Notes: generated from the sequence alone by a model not told the origin. 64,000 nucleotides of DNA from Utricularia gibba (GCA_002189035.1 NEEC01000010.1:372001-436000), one strand, 5' to 3'. Shown: positions 12,109 to 25,218, numbered from the stretch's first letter. A program made the numbers and translations.

Positions 12109-13398
12109 TGTTGCGTGTTGTTTCCTCAACAAATTTTAAATATTTAAAACGTAAGACACTAAAAAGTGTAGTACGAGTATCGATCACAGGGAATTGTTTT
12201 TCGTGAAAAGTGTTTTGTAAGAAACTTCTACAAAATGTCACGGTTTTGTAAAAGAGGGTTTTTAAGATGCATAAATGAAAGTTACAACCTAAGTGATGGG
12301 CCTTGACTGCGGGACGCAGTTCCTGGAAATAAGACTCCATCTCCTTCTTTTGTCCGTCCTTGCCTCGATTTTCACCGATTTCTTCCGAATAGCTGGTTAT
12401 AGGAGCAAGGAATAGCCTACTCTCCCTTACACTCTGATTGACAAGGAGGCACGAGAATAGCCTCATGTGATTCCCCCTTCGACGATTAGGAAGACAAGAG
12501 GATTGCCTTCGATTGCCTTCAAAACCGAATTGTGCGCGTGTGCCCAGCTGTTGCCAATGGCCAGTGGCAGGTACGAGTTCACAACCTCTCCATTGTTGCG
12601 GTACCTAGGCCACAAACAATATGCTATTTCCCTCGAACCAGCAAGGTTGGAGTTGGTGCTCTTCACCTTGATCTTCACCAAAATCCACGAGAAGTGGCCT
12701 ACTACTCATGGACCTTGACTAAGAGTCGTTACAGAAAGACTACAACAAGAATCGTGGAAGTATGCGGAATCCGAATTGAATTCAGTGAAGAACCGAGTGT
12801 ATTGCTCAAGACTTGGAAGGAAACTTCATTTACTTCCCAGAAACTAAAGATTTTTAGCCCGAAAGGGCCATGGAAACAGAAATGAAAAGAAATTAAGTGT
12901 TCTTCCTCCTTGAGAGGAGGAAGAACTCAAAAGTTCTAAGTACAAGAGAAATTGTTCGAAAAGTCCGAAACTAAGTGCTCCAAGTGGTTTTTATATGACT
13001 TCCCACGTGCATTAACTCCTTTGGATCCCCTTCGCATCATTCCTTCTGTCTTGCGTGCACCACCAGACTTTCTTTGCATGCAAGTTTGCGCCTAATCATT
13101 GCTGCAGACTCTGACATGTCGTAACTCAGGGGCCTTGACTAGTGTCAGTCTTCCGCCCAGAATCATTCCAACTCGCGTACAAGGCATGAAAACTCAGAGT
13201 CTAACACTCTATGACAGTCTCCTCACATGTCTCGGTTAAAGTGTGAGAAAAAAAGACATAAAATATACACAAAATGAGAAAATAGGAATTTTGTAGTAAA
13301 AATTAAATACTTAATAACAAGACTCATAATTTGGGCGACTTCATACATAATTAACACATAATAAAACCTAATAATTAACTAGAAAATGACACTTAACA
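12109..13398 (-). mobile_element. Athila-family solo LTR, 1290 bp
   Basis: TG...CA termini; perfect 5-bp TSD GTAGG (12104-12108 and 13399-13403). Confidence 0.92.
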
Positions 13399-13537
13399 GT
13401 AGGATTGCGTGTAATCCCAACAGAATCCTAGGGAACCTGCATTGTCAAAAAAAAGTAAAAGGGAAAAGAGAAAATTAACTCATGGGTTGCCTCCCACGTA
13501 GCACCAATTTAAAGTTGTTGGCCAACTTGGTATGCTA

Positions 13538-13930
13538 CTAATGGTCCTCGAAAAGAAGCAAACAGTAGACTGTTTGCGGCTGAAAGCTCTCATAATATGG
13601 TTTCAATATATGGCCATTGACCTTGAAACATTTCTCTGTCTCATAAGAACGTATAATAACAGCACCATAAGGGAAAACATATGAAACTTTGTAAGGTTTT
13701 TGCCATTTGGATCTCAGTTTTCGAGGAAAAAAATTCAAAGTGGTATCATAAAAAAGAACTTTCTGACCAATTCGAAATTTATTCTCATGCAACAAACTGC
13801 CATGGAAGTGTTTTACCATCTCCTTGTAGATCAAGTGATTGGAGTAGGCATTCAAACAGATCTCCTCTAATTCATTAAGATCTAGCAGTCTTTTTTCTCC
13901 TGCTTGATCACTAACCATGTTGCATGCTTT
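13538..13930 (-). pseudogene. Athila integrase C-terminal fragment
   Basis: AGEKRLLDLNELEEI..AY..KE..FH...KFRIGQKVLFY...FFPRKLRSKWQKPYKVSYVFPYGAV...FKVNGHILKPY. Confidence 0.9.
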
Positions 13931-14532
13931 GGCAGCTTTTCAGCAATAATTTTTGTTGTTTTCATGTGGGAAGAGTTGCTCAGTTGAATCGATGCGAACC
14001 CAGGGTGTAATTCTTTTGCAAGTGCTAATAATTATTCCAATTTTGAGGTACACGTAACTGCTAATATGGGCGACTGGCAGAACACTTCCTAAATCAAGGC
14101 ACTAATACTAGAAATTTGTGAATAACAAAATTTAAAAGTATTCTTAATTTTCAGAAATAATTATTATATCGTGCGCTAATTGGATTATAAAAAATTGATA
14201 ATAAAATTCTTCAATGTACTCTAAATACTAAAAAAAAATTAAATCACATGTTACGTAGACCATAAAATAAAAGTGCAGTAAATAAGAATTCGTCTTTCAT
14301 TGGGACCGTTTCCAAATACCCACATTGGCTCGTGTGGGTGTTTGGAGTAAGAATTTTAAGTTTTTCCATGGTACGTCTTAGACACCCACACGCCCAGATG
14401 AAATTAGCTGCGTCAAGCTCGTTCAGGGTCTTCTCCTGTTCTACCATGATGAAATTAGTTTGAGTTGCAGCAGGGACTCTTCTCAATCTTGCTGCTTCTC
14501 TCACCCTTGTGAAGTTCTTCCCAAAGCATGCA

Positions 14533-15500
14533 ACATGGTTAGTGATCTAAATGGAGCACAGAAAATTATGGAGGAGTACAATTGGCCTGATTAATCCTAT
14601 CGAGGGATCTGCATAAATTTTCCAAAGGAAGCCACTGCATTTGTACACAAACCAGGAATCATAAACCTTTTCTCCAAAGTTCTTATGAAATGGTAAAGAA
14701 GATGCAAACCAGCACCTGGATGGCTATCTTTCATCCAGTGCTACGGTCAAACCGAAGGAGATATTGAAGGATAACATGTTGCTAGGAGTTTTTCAATGTA
14801 CTCTTGAAAGAGATGCGAAGGATTGGTTCAACACCTTGGAATCAGGAACCATAGGAGCTGGACAGAAATGAAGGATTTTTTTAACAAATATTTTAAATTT
14901 ATAAAGCAAAGGAGTTAAGAAGAAAAATTGCTGATATTTATCAGCTCATGGGACATCTACTACATGAGTATTAGAACAAGTTCAACAGATTGTTTGCGAG
15001 GTGTTTGCATCATGGGCATGACAAGCATACCCTGATGACAAACATACAGTTAGATGGTGCTGCTAGAGGAAACATGAGGTCACTCACCCCCACTCAAGCC
15101 TAGATGAAAATCAAAGAGATGCTGGAACATTCTTGCCACTCTTATTCTTGAAAAAAGATGTACACCCAAGTAAATTCTGTTGAAGGAAGCTCAATGCCGC
15201 ATAGGAAGATGAACCAAGGCTTTGATAATGTGAACGAGATAGACAAGAAAATTAGTGAGCTACAAGACATTATGAGAGAATTATGCATGGCACAATTTAA
15301 GTTAATTCTATGTGGGAGTCAATGCTATGGGATATGCAGAAAATCGAGAGGATGATGCCAAACCTAGCATTATGTTCCCAAACATCTTTTAATTTGAGCT
15401 AAAGGAATGGGAAAACATTGAACCAACATCTGCTATAGCAGAATCAGCAACATCAAGTCACTCACCCTCAATACATACCCATATAGGAATGGAAATACTA
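14533..15500 (+). pseudogene. Athila gag remnant (plus strand)
   Basis: Across frameshifts: HKPGIINLF..EDANQHL..LLGVFQCTLERDAKDWFNTLESGTI.SWTEMK..C.HHG..DGAARG. Confidence 0.75.
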
Positions 15501-16129
15501 CCCCGCGGATTTTGGAGAGAAGCAAGGTGGAAAGCACCATCTCGAGCCCTTTTGGCAGCAGGAAGACAACGTTTTTTCTGTGGTCGTACCTCAGGATCAA
15601 TGGACAGGTAGTGACCTCGTATCTGGACTCATTGGGTCATTGGCAACACTCGGGCACACGCGCGCAATTCGGCTATGAGGGTACGCTGGCAAGACCTCTT
15701 ATTCTCGCGTTCGTCCAAGGAGGAGCAACATCGGGCTATTCTCGTGCCTTCTTACAAGAGAGTGTAAGGGAGGGTAGAAAATTCCTTACTCCTATAACTG
15801 AGTACTCAAGAAGACCAGAGAAGAGTGAAGACGCAATGAACATAGCTGGACAGGATTTCAAACCCAAGAACATTCACTTTATTTAAGGTTCATCACTTAC
15901 ATTTATTTCAGTTGTTTATTCAAACCCCATCTTATTCTCTTACTCAAGCTTCATCACCAACATTTCTCGTACCTTTTACTTTCAAAACCATTTACAAATT
16001 GTGACAGTTGTATTCGGGGTACCTCACCTTTCACTCAAAAACAACTCCCAATGTTCGACACCCGTACTACGCTTTTGAGTTTTACGAGATTTAAAGTATT
16101 AAAATTTGTTGTGGAAACGACACGCATCA
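15500..16129 (+). mobile_element. 3' half of a diverged Athila-family LTR inserted between gag and protease
   Basis: Ends GGAAACGACACGCATCA; colinear with 52500-53093. Confidence 0.8.
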
Positions 16130-16937
16130 ATGGCTCTGACTGGAAAGAAAGATGTGAAGAAAGATGTGGCTCATTACATTTTTGCTAAGATTGGAGAAAA
16201 GGAAATCCCAAGGGCATTGGTTGATCATGAAGCAGCGATAAACCTGATGCCATTGGACATGTACGAGTCTCTAGGACTTGAATTCTTGAGGAAGACTGTT
16301 ACGGGTAAAATCGGTATCTGGTAGGAGGCCCATTTAAGGTGATAGGTGCAATCGGGGATGTCACACTTAGTCGCGATTTTCAGGGTTTATTTGATTGAAG
16401 TAAAAGTGAGCAAAGATTTTTACGTGGAAACGCCGAAAAGTGGAAAAACCACGGAGCTACCGGAGCTCACCAGAAAAGATTTCCACTAGATGAAGATGGC
16501 GAAGACGGGAATAGAAGTTCCAGCCCCTCTTTTTCTCATAGTTCCTTCTATTTATAGAAGGGATCAATCTGACCGAATCCTGACATCTGCAAATGTCGGT
16601 TGCTTTCTGCATCTGCTATACGATTTCTCTTTTTAGATATCGGCCGCCCGTTATGCCGTAATTCGGCCGCTTTTCAGACTGCGTCATATGGCTATACCTG
16701 TCAAATTTCTGAGAGATATCGGTCTGTCGGTTGGCATTATCCCCTCAAAGTCCCTTTTTGCAGCTTTTCAAAATCCGATTAACCTTGGCCGACTTTATCC
16801 CTCATCATTCAGCCCCTCTGATTCGTCGATATTAGCCTTTTTGGGGTAAAACTGGGGATTAGAACTACTACGATACCGATTCCTGAACTGGCGCTTCCCC
16901 CAAAGAAGCCACATGCCGTTCTCTGCCACACGTCGGC

Positions 16938-17821
16938 TGATAACGCATATTTTTGAGTAGCTCAATACATATAATTTACTCATTTTGCGCTACAAAAATT
17001 AAGTTTTATTGCCTAGTTTCGTATTTTTGCGCATAAGCACCGTAATTGTGTTATTTTAGTCTTAGTTGATTTAGTCCCAACCTTCTAATAGTTTTATTCG
17101 AGCAATGCAGTGTAGATCGCAACACAAATCCCAAGGAGCTGAACATGCACAATGTAGTGGCAGAAGATGAGTCCAAAAGTTTGAAAAGTGGTGCACACAA
17201 AATCCAAGGAGAAAAAAGGGAGATTTTGGACAACAAGAGGGAAAGGTGGAGAGAGAAGGCATATCTCCCTTGAAGACTCACTAACACATTTTTCTGGGAA
17301 GGTTTTCTAGGGAGGAAGAAGAAGGAAGACAAACATGAACGAAGCTGAAGTTCAAGATTATTTTCTGTCTTCGAATAACATTACTCCTAGCTAAGAGTAG
17401 CTAACAACCCTAATTAGAGGTAGACCAAAGATTAGGGGGGAAAACAAGAATTCGGGTGGACCTAGACCTTATGAGTTAGTTGTATGATTTGTAGTTTGTG
17501 TGAGTTTGTTTAATGATGAGCATACATCCTCGAGGAGTCCCAAGGCATCACCCATTCCATTCCAGAAACAACCGAACTCTAGAACTTATTACTTTTCTTT
17601 ACTGTATTTCGTTTTAGTTCTGCGTTAGTCTTAGCTAAGACTAATTTTACCAACGTGACATTAATTCCTTGCATTGACCTTCACATAGCAAGCACCTAGC
17701 TCATTGTGTTCGACCCTAGTCCACTATGCTCATAATTTTTTTATGCTTGAATGTGTATTAGGTTATAAATTTATTTGATAGGAAAATTTACATTTACGAC
17801 TTGTGAATTTTTCGTTTATCA
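16938..17821 (+). mobile_element. Athila-like solo LTR (884 bp) nested in the Tat 3' UTR
   Basis: TGATAACG...TTTATCA with perfect TSD TCGGC; the empty site is visible in the sister Tat copy near 51215-51230. Confidence 0.9.
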
Positions 17822-17988
17822 TCGGCTCATCAATGGGATTTTTACATTTCCAAGTATCATTCGGTTCTTCGTCTTTTCAGTTCGGTCTTCTGGGATTTTT
17901 GACGGGTCCCCCTTGTCATTCTAAGTCCTCCACCCTTCCTGGCTCATGCCTCGTTCTAGGGTTTTGGGCTTCTTTCAATTTTTTGAAA

Positions 17989-19876
17989 ATGGGTAGGAGA
18001 TCTAGTGAACTAAGCATCCCCTCCCTTCGCATTCGGTACTCGATCCCTAATGAGTACCAGCTTTCTCATGCTCGGGATACTGAAATCCCTTGGGGGTAGG
18101 TGAGGGCCCCCTGCCTCCGTTCAGCCTCCCAATTCCGCTTGCCTATTTCGAAAGCAGTTTACGCTTCCCTCTTCTTCCTTTAATAGTTCGTTTTCTCTAT
18201 ACCTTTGCAATCCCGATTTACTGTCTCGGCCCAAATTTCATATTCAGCTTTACTACTTTCCTTTTCTATTCGGCCGGTATGGATCTGACTTTGACTCTAG
18301 TAGACTTCTGTCCCCATTGGCCTGATATCATTCCTTTCGACGGCACCGATTCGAGAAACTTTCCTCTCAGCCCCTCTCCGTCACTTCCTCTTGTTTCGGC
18401 TTCATCCTCGATCCCCCCACCTGTTCAAACCGGCGCCCCCAAGAAAAAGAAGAGGGTTAAAGCACTCGCGCACAAACCCTCAAAGAGGCAAAGAGGTAGT
18501 TGGGCTCAGGTTTCCCGAGTTTCAGAATCGGCATTATGCCTTATTGATTTTCCTACTTCCGTTTTAGCTGAAGAGATGGCTCGAAGAAACTCCCTGGAGG
18601 ATTCGGTGATGGCGCGGTTCTCTGTCGAGATGCAGAGGGCACAGGAACCCGAGGTGCCCTCCCCTGCACAGGTTTGTCTTCTATCTAACAGTTACTGCGA
18701 ATTCCCGTTTATAATCTTTTTCAGTTTTTCTTTCAGATTGATACGTTTGGAGCTCAGCCGGACGCCACCGATCTCTCCTTGGGGGAGGATTCAGTAGTAG
18801 AAGTCTCCGAGACTCGGGAGTTGACTCCCCGTCCATCAACCGGAAAAGGGAAAGAGAAACTCCCCATCCTTCAGCCGGAATTGACTTGGGAGTTGATTCC
18901 CATTCCTGATGCGAGATTCTTTTCGGCTGGTGCTTCGACATCAGCTCCCCCAGTTGAGATACAGAGGGATTCTTCCCTTGTGGAAGTAAGGGATAACCCG
19001 GTGCTCCCCCAACCTTCAGTTCTAGCTGAACTAAGGAGAATCCTAGATGGAGCTATGCCTAGTACCTCGGATGTTCGGCTGGAGATGATACTTGAACGGA
19101 TCTAGCAGGTACGCATCCCGTTTCCTCTTCTAAATTCTAAGTAGTCGGTTCTTGACTTGGCAATATTCCTTCAGGCTTTAACTCTTAGATGGGGAGTGGT
19201 TAGAGAGATTGGTTCTCAATCGGAGGTAGTCTCTCGGCTTCAAGCCCAGGTTGTGGCTCAGGATGCCCAGATAAAGTTGATGGAGGAGGAGGGGAGTTCG
19301 CTGAAGACCGTTTTAAGGAAACGCACCCGCCAGGAGGATGAATTGTGGAATGTGGTCGAGGAAATGGGAAAGGCGGTTGACGACGCTAAATCGGAGAGAG
19401 AAGGCTTCAAAGTCCGATTTAAAGAGGCAGAAGTGGAGTTAGAGCATTCCAGGGACCGCATCTCGGCACTAGAGGCCGAATTGCTTGATCAACAAGCATC
19501 TCGGCAGGGTCTTCTGAATGATTTTGTCAACTCGGCCTGTTTTGCCGAACTCTCCAATATCTATGCAGGAGACTTAATCAGCTTACATCTATACCGTCAG
19601 AGGCGACAGTTTAGCCGGGAATTCAGGCTTTCAATGATGGATCCGCGATTCGACAGGGTAAACCCCTTGACGAAGGATGAGAACATGCTTGATGTTATCG
19701 CGGATACTTTCCAGGCCCCGGAGTTCGCGTTCGACACTGATCGGGAGCGGCTGATTGCACTGATTAAGGCGAGGATAGGGCGAGAGAATGACGTCAAGTT
19801 GAGAGCCAGGATGGAGCGACATACCGGCTCCTCTACCAATCCTCCCATTAATCTCCAGAGTCCTCTAGCACTTTAG
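17989..19876 (+). pseudogene. Antisense additional ORF of the Tat element: Transposase_28-like domain + coiled coil, two introns (18672-18736, 19109-19174)
   Basis: LRIRYSIPNEY..YFESSLRFPLLPLIVRFL..LGPN; C-terminal heptad-rich region; both GT-AG introns are phase 0 and join the flanking ORFs in frame; frameshift near 18092 and TAG at 19103. Confidence 0.8.
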
Positions 19877-20685
19877 TGACTTTTTTAACTTGGTGTATTT
19901 TCCCCCTGTTGTGGGGCTTCTTGAACATTTTTGATATCCCGGTTCGGGATTTCCTTACTCCATTTTTTGCGCATCATTTCTGCCTTTGATGATATCACAT
20001 TTTGGGGGAAACCATGAGTTGGTTTTTTATGTCTATCACGTGTTTAGGCTTGGAAGGTTCGCCTATGCTTTTGTGATCCGGGGGTGGGTGTCTCTTCGCC
20101 AACCCTTTGGTTGGGCTTTTTGATTTTTGTTTGCCTTAGTATTTCCTCATGCGTGCTGAACCGCTGCTAAGGAAGTAGGTCGTAACCCCACATGGGTTGA
20201 GTGACTTCCCCAATCCGGAAGGGCCCTCTTCTGGCCGAACCCCATTGTTTTGAGCATGGGTGGATTTGCTTTGGGTGCTCTTGTCGTCTCGAGATTTCGA
20301 CAATAAGGTCAATACTTAAGGGCTTTTCGGGGCTTACGCATGCGGTTTACGAACCAGTGCCCGAATTATACCAGGGCTTATTCTTGTCACCGACTTATGT
20401 CTGGGTTTTGGGAGATCACATGTATATATATCGGGGAGATCCCGAGTTGGTTTGCCGTATCCCGCAGGGGATACCGATTTGGGGGATTTGCCTGGGCTCA
20501 CGTTGCTTGGCCAGAGCTTGTGGTTTAAATCTTTTAGGGTCTGCCTGGGCTTACGTGACTCGGCCAGGGCTTATGGTTTCGTTTACTCATCTCCACTTTG
20601 GAGGAATTTACAGGCGCTTGAGTGTTTTGAGGGAGAGAACACTGAATTCTGTGCAATCCTGTGATGGAGATTGACATTGAGCTAG

Positions 20686-23600
20686 TTAGGTATATAATTT
20701 CCTTAGGTGTGATGCATTCCACGACCTTGAGAATTCCACGCCGTCTAATTGTTATAGACGATACACTCCTTTTCCGATTACCCTTGAAATCTGATAAGGG
20801 CCTTCCAACTTGCGATCTAATTTTCCAACATGTCTCTGTGGTTGAATGCTTCGGAGCACCAAATCTCCCTCATAGAATTCCCTTGGGGACACCGACTTGT
20901 TATATCTCTTCTCCGTTCTCCTATGATGAGCCCCTAGTCGGCTATAGATGCTTTGCCGTTTTTCTTCCAATAGCTCCAACTCCAGTTTTCGCAAGTCAGC
21001 ATTTTCTTCTTCATTATAATGTTGTACCCGGTAGCTTTTCAGGGTTAGTTCGATAGGGCATACGGCTTCTGAACCGTAACCCAATAAGAAGGGGGATTCT
21101 TCCGTGGTGGTTCGAGGGGTGGTGCGATATGACCACTGCACTTCATCCAAGCGATCTGCCCATGATCCTTCAAAATCTTCAAGCTTAGTCTTTATTCCTA
21201 GCCGGAGGGTTCGATTCGTTACCTCTGTGAGACCATTGCTCTGCGAGTGATACACCGAGGTGAAGTTGTGCTCGATCGTATATTTATCAATGAATGCCTC
21301 CATTCTTCCCCCAGCGAATTGGGTTCCATTATCGGTCACCAGTTCTTGAGGGATTCCGAACTGGATGAAGATATTTCTCCACAGAAATCGAATAACGGTC
21401 TCCTCTGATATTTTTGCCACGGCCTCAGCCACCACCCTTTTGGAGAAATACTCGACTCCCACGATGACAAATTTTCTTTGGCCGAGGTTTGGGGGAATGG
21501 CCCCATAATATCCACTCCCCATCGATCGAACGGGCATGAGAATGGAAGAGAGGTCAGGTTATTTACCGGCTTTCTCGGTGTACTCGCATGGTATTGGCAT
21601 ACTTTGCATTTCTTCACCATTTTGGTAATATCCCGCTCCATAGTTGGCCAATAATACCCGCTTCTCAAGGCTTTCCTGCATAAGGATCGTATGCCAACGT
21701 GGCTGCCACATTCCCCTTCATGCAGATCGGTTATAAGTTCTTGAGAATGCTTTGCCCCGATACACCTCAAGAGGGGTCCATCTAAGGATCTGCGATAGAG
21801 AATTCCATTTACCAGTGTATATCTCTTTGCTCTAATCTCTAACTGTCGGGCTTTGGATTTATCAAATGGTGTTTCTCCATTTCTTAGATACCGGACGTAG
21901 GGTGATGTCCAATCATCGAGGTGACTCAGCTGTGGAGAGATATCATTTCCTGGTTGCTAGTAATATAATTCACTGCTTGCAAGGTCACTGAAGGTTGATC
22001 CCGCAGCCGAAACCCTACAGAAAATCGGGCGAGGCTATCTGCGGATCCGTTCTCCTCGCGCGCCACGTGCGACAGGGTGAATTCCTTGAAGGTCTTTGCC
22101 AGCTCCTTTACCTGAATATGGTACAAAGCCATGAGGGAGTCATGGGTTTCGTATTCACCCGAAAACTGCCCTTGCGTAAGTCGTGAATCAGTGTAGACGT
22201 CGAGCTCCGCAACTCCTAGTTCCTTGGCAATTTTCATTCCTTCAATCAAGGTTTCATATTCGGCCACATTGTTGGAGGCTGGGAATAAGAATTTCACCGT
22301 GATATAAATGTGTTCCCTGTCCTGGGTTCGGATGTCTATTCCTCCTCTAGGGTCGTTGTATGTCGAGCCATCTACGTGCATGGCCCATCGGTCATTGGCT
22401 TCTTCAAAACGGTCTATAGGCCTGGTCATTTCGACCACAAAATCGGCAAGAGGTTGAGCCTTGATTGCTGTTCTCCATTTAAACTCAATATCTATTGTAC
22501 TCAATTCGACCGCCCATTTGGCAACCCTTCCGGAAATCTCTAGTCGAGATAGGATACTCTTCAGAGGCTGATTGGTGAATACCATGATGTGCCGATCTTG
22601 GAAATATGACTTCAGTTTTGTGGCCGCCATCTTCACAGCCAAGATGAATTTTTCTGTCACCGTATATCGGGTTTCGGATGGTAACAGAACCTTGCTCACA
22701 TAATACACCGGCAAGTGGTTATCTGCCGAGATGGTTGTCAACACTGCGCTGACTGCAACGGGCGATATAGACATATATAGTCCTAAAGGCTCTCCTGCTT
22801 TCGGTGCCACAAGAAGCGAGGGTGATTAGAGATATTCCTTGAGTTTTTCAAAGGCAATCCGGCAATCCTCGTTCCATTCTAAAGCATTTCCATTTCGCAA
22901 GACTTTGAAGAAGGATGCCGACTTATTGGCTGACCGAGATATGAAACGGCTGAGGGCAGCCAATTTACCCGTGAGGCTCTGGTACTCCTTGATTGTCCTT
23001 GGGGGTTGCATTTCGCATATTGCCTTAATCTTCCCAGGGTCAGCCTCGATTCCTCTCTCCGATACGTAATGCCCCAGGAATTTTCCACTTTGCACCCCGA
23101 AGCAACATTTTTGTGGGTTGAGTTTTAACCCGTATGACTGACACAAAGAGAAACAAGAATCCAAATACGCTAAGTGGTCTTCTTCATTCATAGATTTTAC
23201 GATCATATTGTCCACATATACCTCCATCGAGGTGCCGATTTCAGAAGAGAATATTTTATTTACCAACCTCTAATAAGTCATCCTAGCATTCTTTAAACCG
23301 AAAGGCATGGCCACATAACAGTAAACCCTATCCTTGGTGTAGAAAGTGGTTTTCGGTTGGTCTCTCTCGGCAACGGAAATTTGGTGGTATCCCGAATAGG
23401 CATCCATGGTGCTCAGGAATCGGGATCTGCCAATGGCGTCCACTAGCTTGTCAATCTTTGGAAAAGGATAGGGGTCCCTTTCGTAGTAGGCGTTGAGGTC
23501 GGTGAAGTCAATGCACATCCTCCACTTTCCCCCAGGCTTCGGAACGACGATTGGGCTTGATATCCACTCGGAATACTGCATCTCCTTCACATAACCGGCT

Positions 23601-24564
23601 TCCAAGAGCTCCCTTGTTTTTTCTTTGATAATTTGGCACTTTTCCTCTAAGAAATGCTATTGCCTCTGCCGAACCGGTTTTGCCCCAGGGTAGGTATCAA
23701 TGCGATGCTCGGCGACAGATTGATCAATGCCTACAAAGTCTGCAGCAGTCCAGGCAAAAATATCGGCGTTCTTCATCAAAAGTTCAACTAACCTCTTCTC
23801 AAATCCGGTGTCTAGATTGGCACCAATGCAGGTTGCTTTCTGCGCATCTTCTGGTACTAGTTGCACCGACTTGTACCCTACTGGTTCCATTGCTTGTCTA
23901 GGGGTTCTCAGGGTTCCTTTTCTACCATCATCACTCTCGGCCTTTTCGCGCAGGGTCTCGGCAAGAAGATACATAATAGGACCGGGCGGTTGGTTGGACA
24001 ATGCCCATCGTGCAAATGACCCCTAGATGTCGGGAATTTAATTTTCAAATGCACAGTGAAGGGTATCATACCAAATTGGTTGATGCCGGGTCGCCCGAGG
24101 ATAATGTTGTATGAGACCTCTGAATCCAGGATCAAGAATTCCAACCTCTCGGTTCGGTTCTGCCCTGCCGCTCCGAATGTTACGGGCAGGGTTATTTTTC
24201 TGATAGTTTGCACGGCCCGCTGGTCGAAGGCGTATAACTCCATGCGCACGTGGCGGATGTTTCCTTCGTTGGATGATGCCAGTAACTCGGCTACTTCCTT
24301 CTTCATGATGTTGCAGGAGGATCCTTGAGCAATAAGAATCCTTCTTACCTTGGTGCTCACGCATATTCCCGATACCCCCAAAGGTTCATCTCTTGCGGCT
24401 GGGGTGACTGGGACGTCTCTGCTGGAGAAGCTGATCTCTTCTTTTTCCCAAGCAATTCTCTCAGTCGGACCATTTCCGATCTCGAAAACTTCTCCTCTTC
24501 TGGCTTCTCGCGCGTCAGCGCTTCCGTCCTGAGCCGGATCGGTGGCTGTGCTATTTTCCGCCAT
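20686..24564 (-). pseudogene. Tat pol: protease, RT, RNase H, archaeal-type RNase H, integrase (fragmented)
   Basis: RILIAQGSS..YNIILGRP; WRMCIDFTDLN..MPFGLKN; YVDNMIV; RYTVTEKFILA; WAMHVDGS..NNVAEYE; HHCC zinc finger; FDRWGVDIMGP; SNGLTEVTN; no chromodomain. Confidence 0.93.
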
Positions 24565-25218
24565 GATCCGTGATTAACGGGTGGCTGCTGTGTGTTTCTT
24601 GAGTGGGGCTATGGAACGTCGCCCTACGGTGGGTGCCAAAAAATGTTACGGGTAAAAACGGTATCCGGTGGGAGGCCGATTTAAGGTGATAGGTGCGATC
24701 AGGGATGTCACACTTAGTCGCGTTTTTCACGGTTGGTTCGATTGAAGTAAAAGTGAACAAAGATTTTTATGTAGAAACCGCCGAAAAGCGGAAAAACCAC
24801 GGAGCTAGCGGAGCTCACCAGGAAAGATTTCCACTAGATGTAGATGGCGAAGACGGGAATACAAGTTCCAGCCCCTCTTTTTGTCATAGTTCCTTCTATT
24901 TATAGAAGGGCTCAATCTGACCAAAACCTAACATCTGCAAATGTCGTTTGCTTTCTGCATCTGCTATACGATTTCGCTTTTTAGATATCGGTCGCCTGTT
25001 ATGCCGTAATTCGGCCGCTTTTCAGACTGCGTCATATGGCTATACCTGTTAGATTTCTGATAGATATCGGTCTGTCGGTTGGCATCATCCCCTCATAGTC
25101 CCTTTTTGCAGCTTTTCAGAATCCGATTAACCATGGCCGACTTTATCCCTCATCAAAGACCAACAGGAAACTGATTCTGGCAATTAGAGTGTAATACCAA
25201 AAAAAATTGTTGAGGACT

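Larger units (their letters stand above)
9539..14520 (-). mobile_element. Internally deleted Athila element: gag-like N-terminus, integrase C-terminus, env-like ORF, 3' UTR with two PPT-like tracts
   Basis: Gag-like EKTLNELDAAN (14244-14504); integrase tail (13538-13930); env-like region (10290-11110); PPT-like tracts at about 10240 and 9540. Confidence 0.75.
16297..25155 (-). mobile_element. Tat/Retand-type Ty3/gypsy LTR retrotransposon with both LTRs, gag absent
   Basis: LTRs 16297-16807 and 24644-25155 (about 35 mismatches by eye, roughly 93% identity); TSD AAGAC; PBS TGGCACCCACCGTAGGGC at about 24620-24640; PPT AGAGGGGCTGAA at 16808-16820; domain order PR-RT-RH-aRH-INT. Confidence 0.93.
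16130..25218 (+). pseudogene. Athila aspartic protease remnant split by the Tat element (pieces 16130-16296 and 25161-25218)
   Basis: KIGEKEIPRALVDHEAAINLMPLDMYESLGL, interrupted at the AAGAC TSD, then protease-like GN.ILA and KIVED after the insertion. Confidence 0.75.

Noticed and set aside
11870-12466. 198-aa minus-strand ORF in the track
   Set aside because: Runs across the solo-LTR boundary and TSD at 12104-12109 into unrelated sequence, so it is a chimeric chance ORF.
12442-12885. Apparent silent-change bias in the opposite-strand frame between the 12-kb and 52-kb LTR copies (8 of 14 changes)
   Set aside because: Small sample chosen after looking at six frames, no start codon, and contradicted by the more diverged 15.5-kb copy, which supports the sense frame.
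15590-15760. LTR ORF motifs (WTG, FG[FY], SG.SR) loosely recall tombusvirus P19 as I remember it
   Set aside because: Only a few short motifs, spacing only partly matches, and the comparison is from memory; not evidence without a profile search.
20180-20600. ORFs and loose repeats of about 55 bp between the Tat antisense ORF and integrase
   Set aside because: Typical degenerate UTR repeats of Tat elements; the ORFs show no domain.
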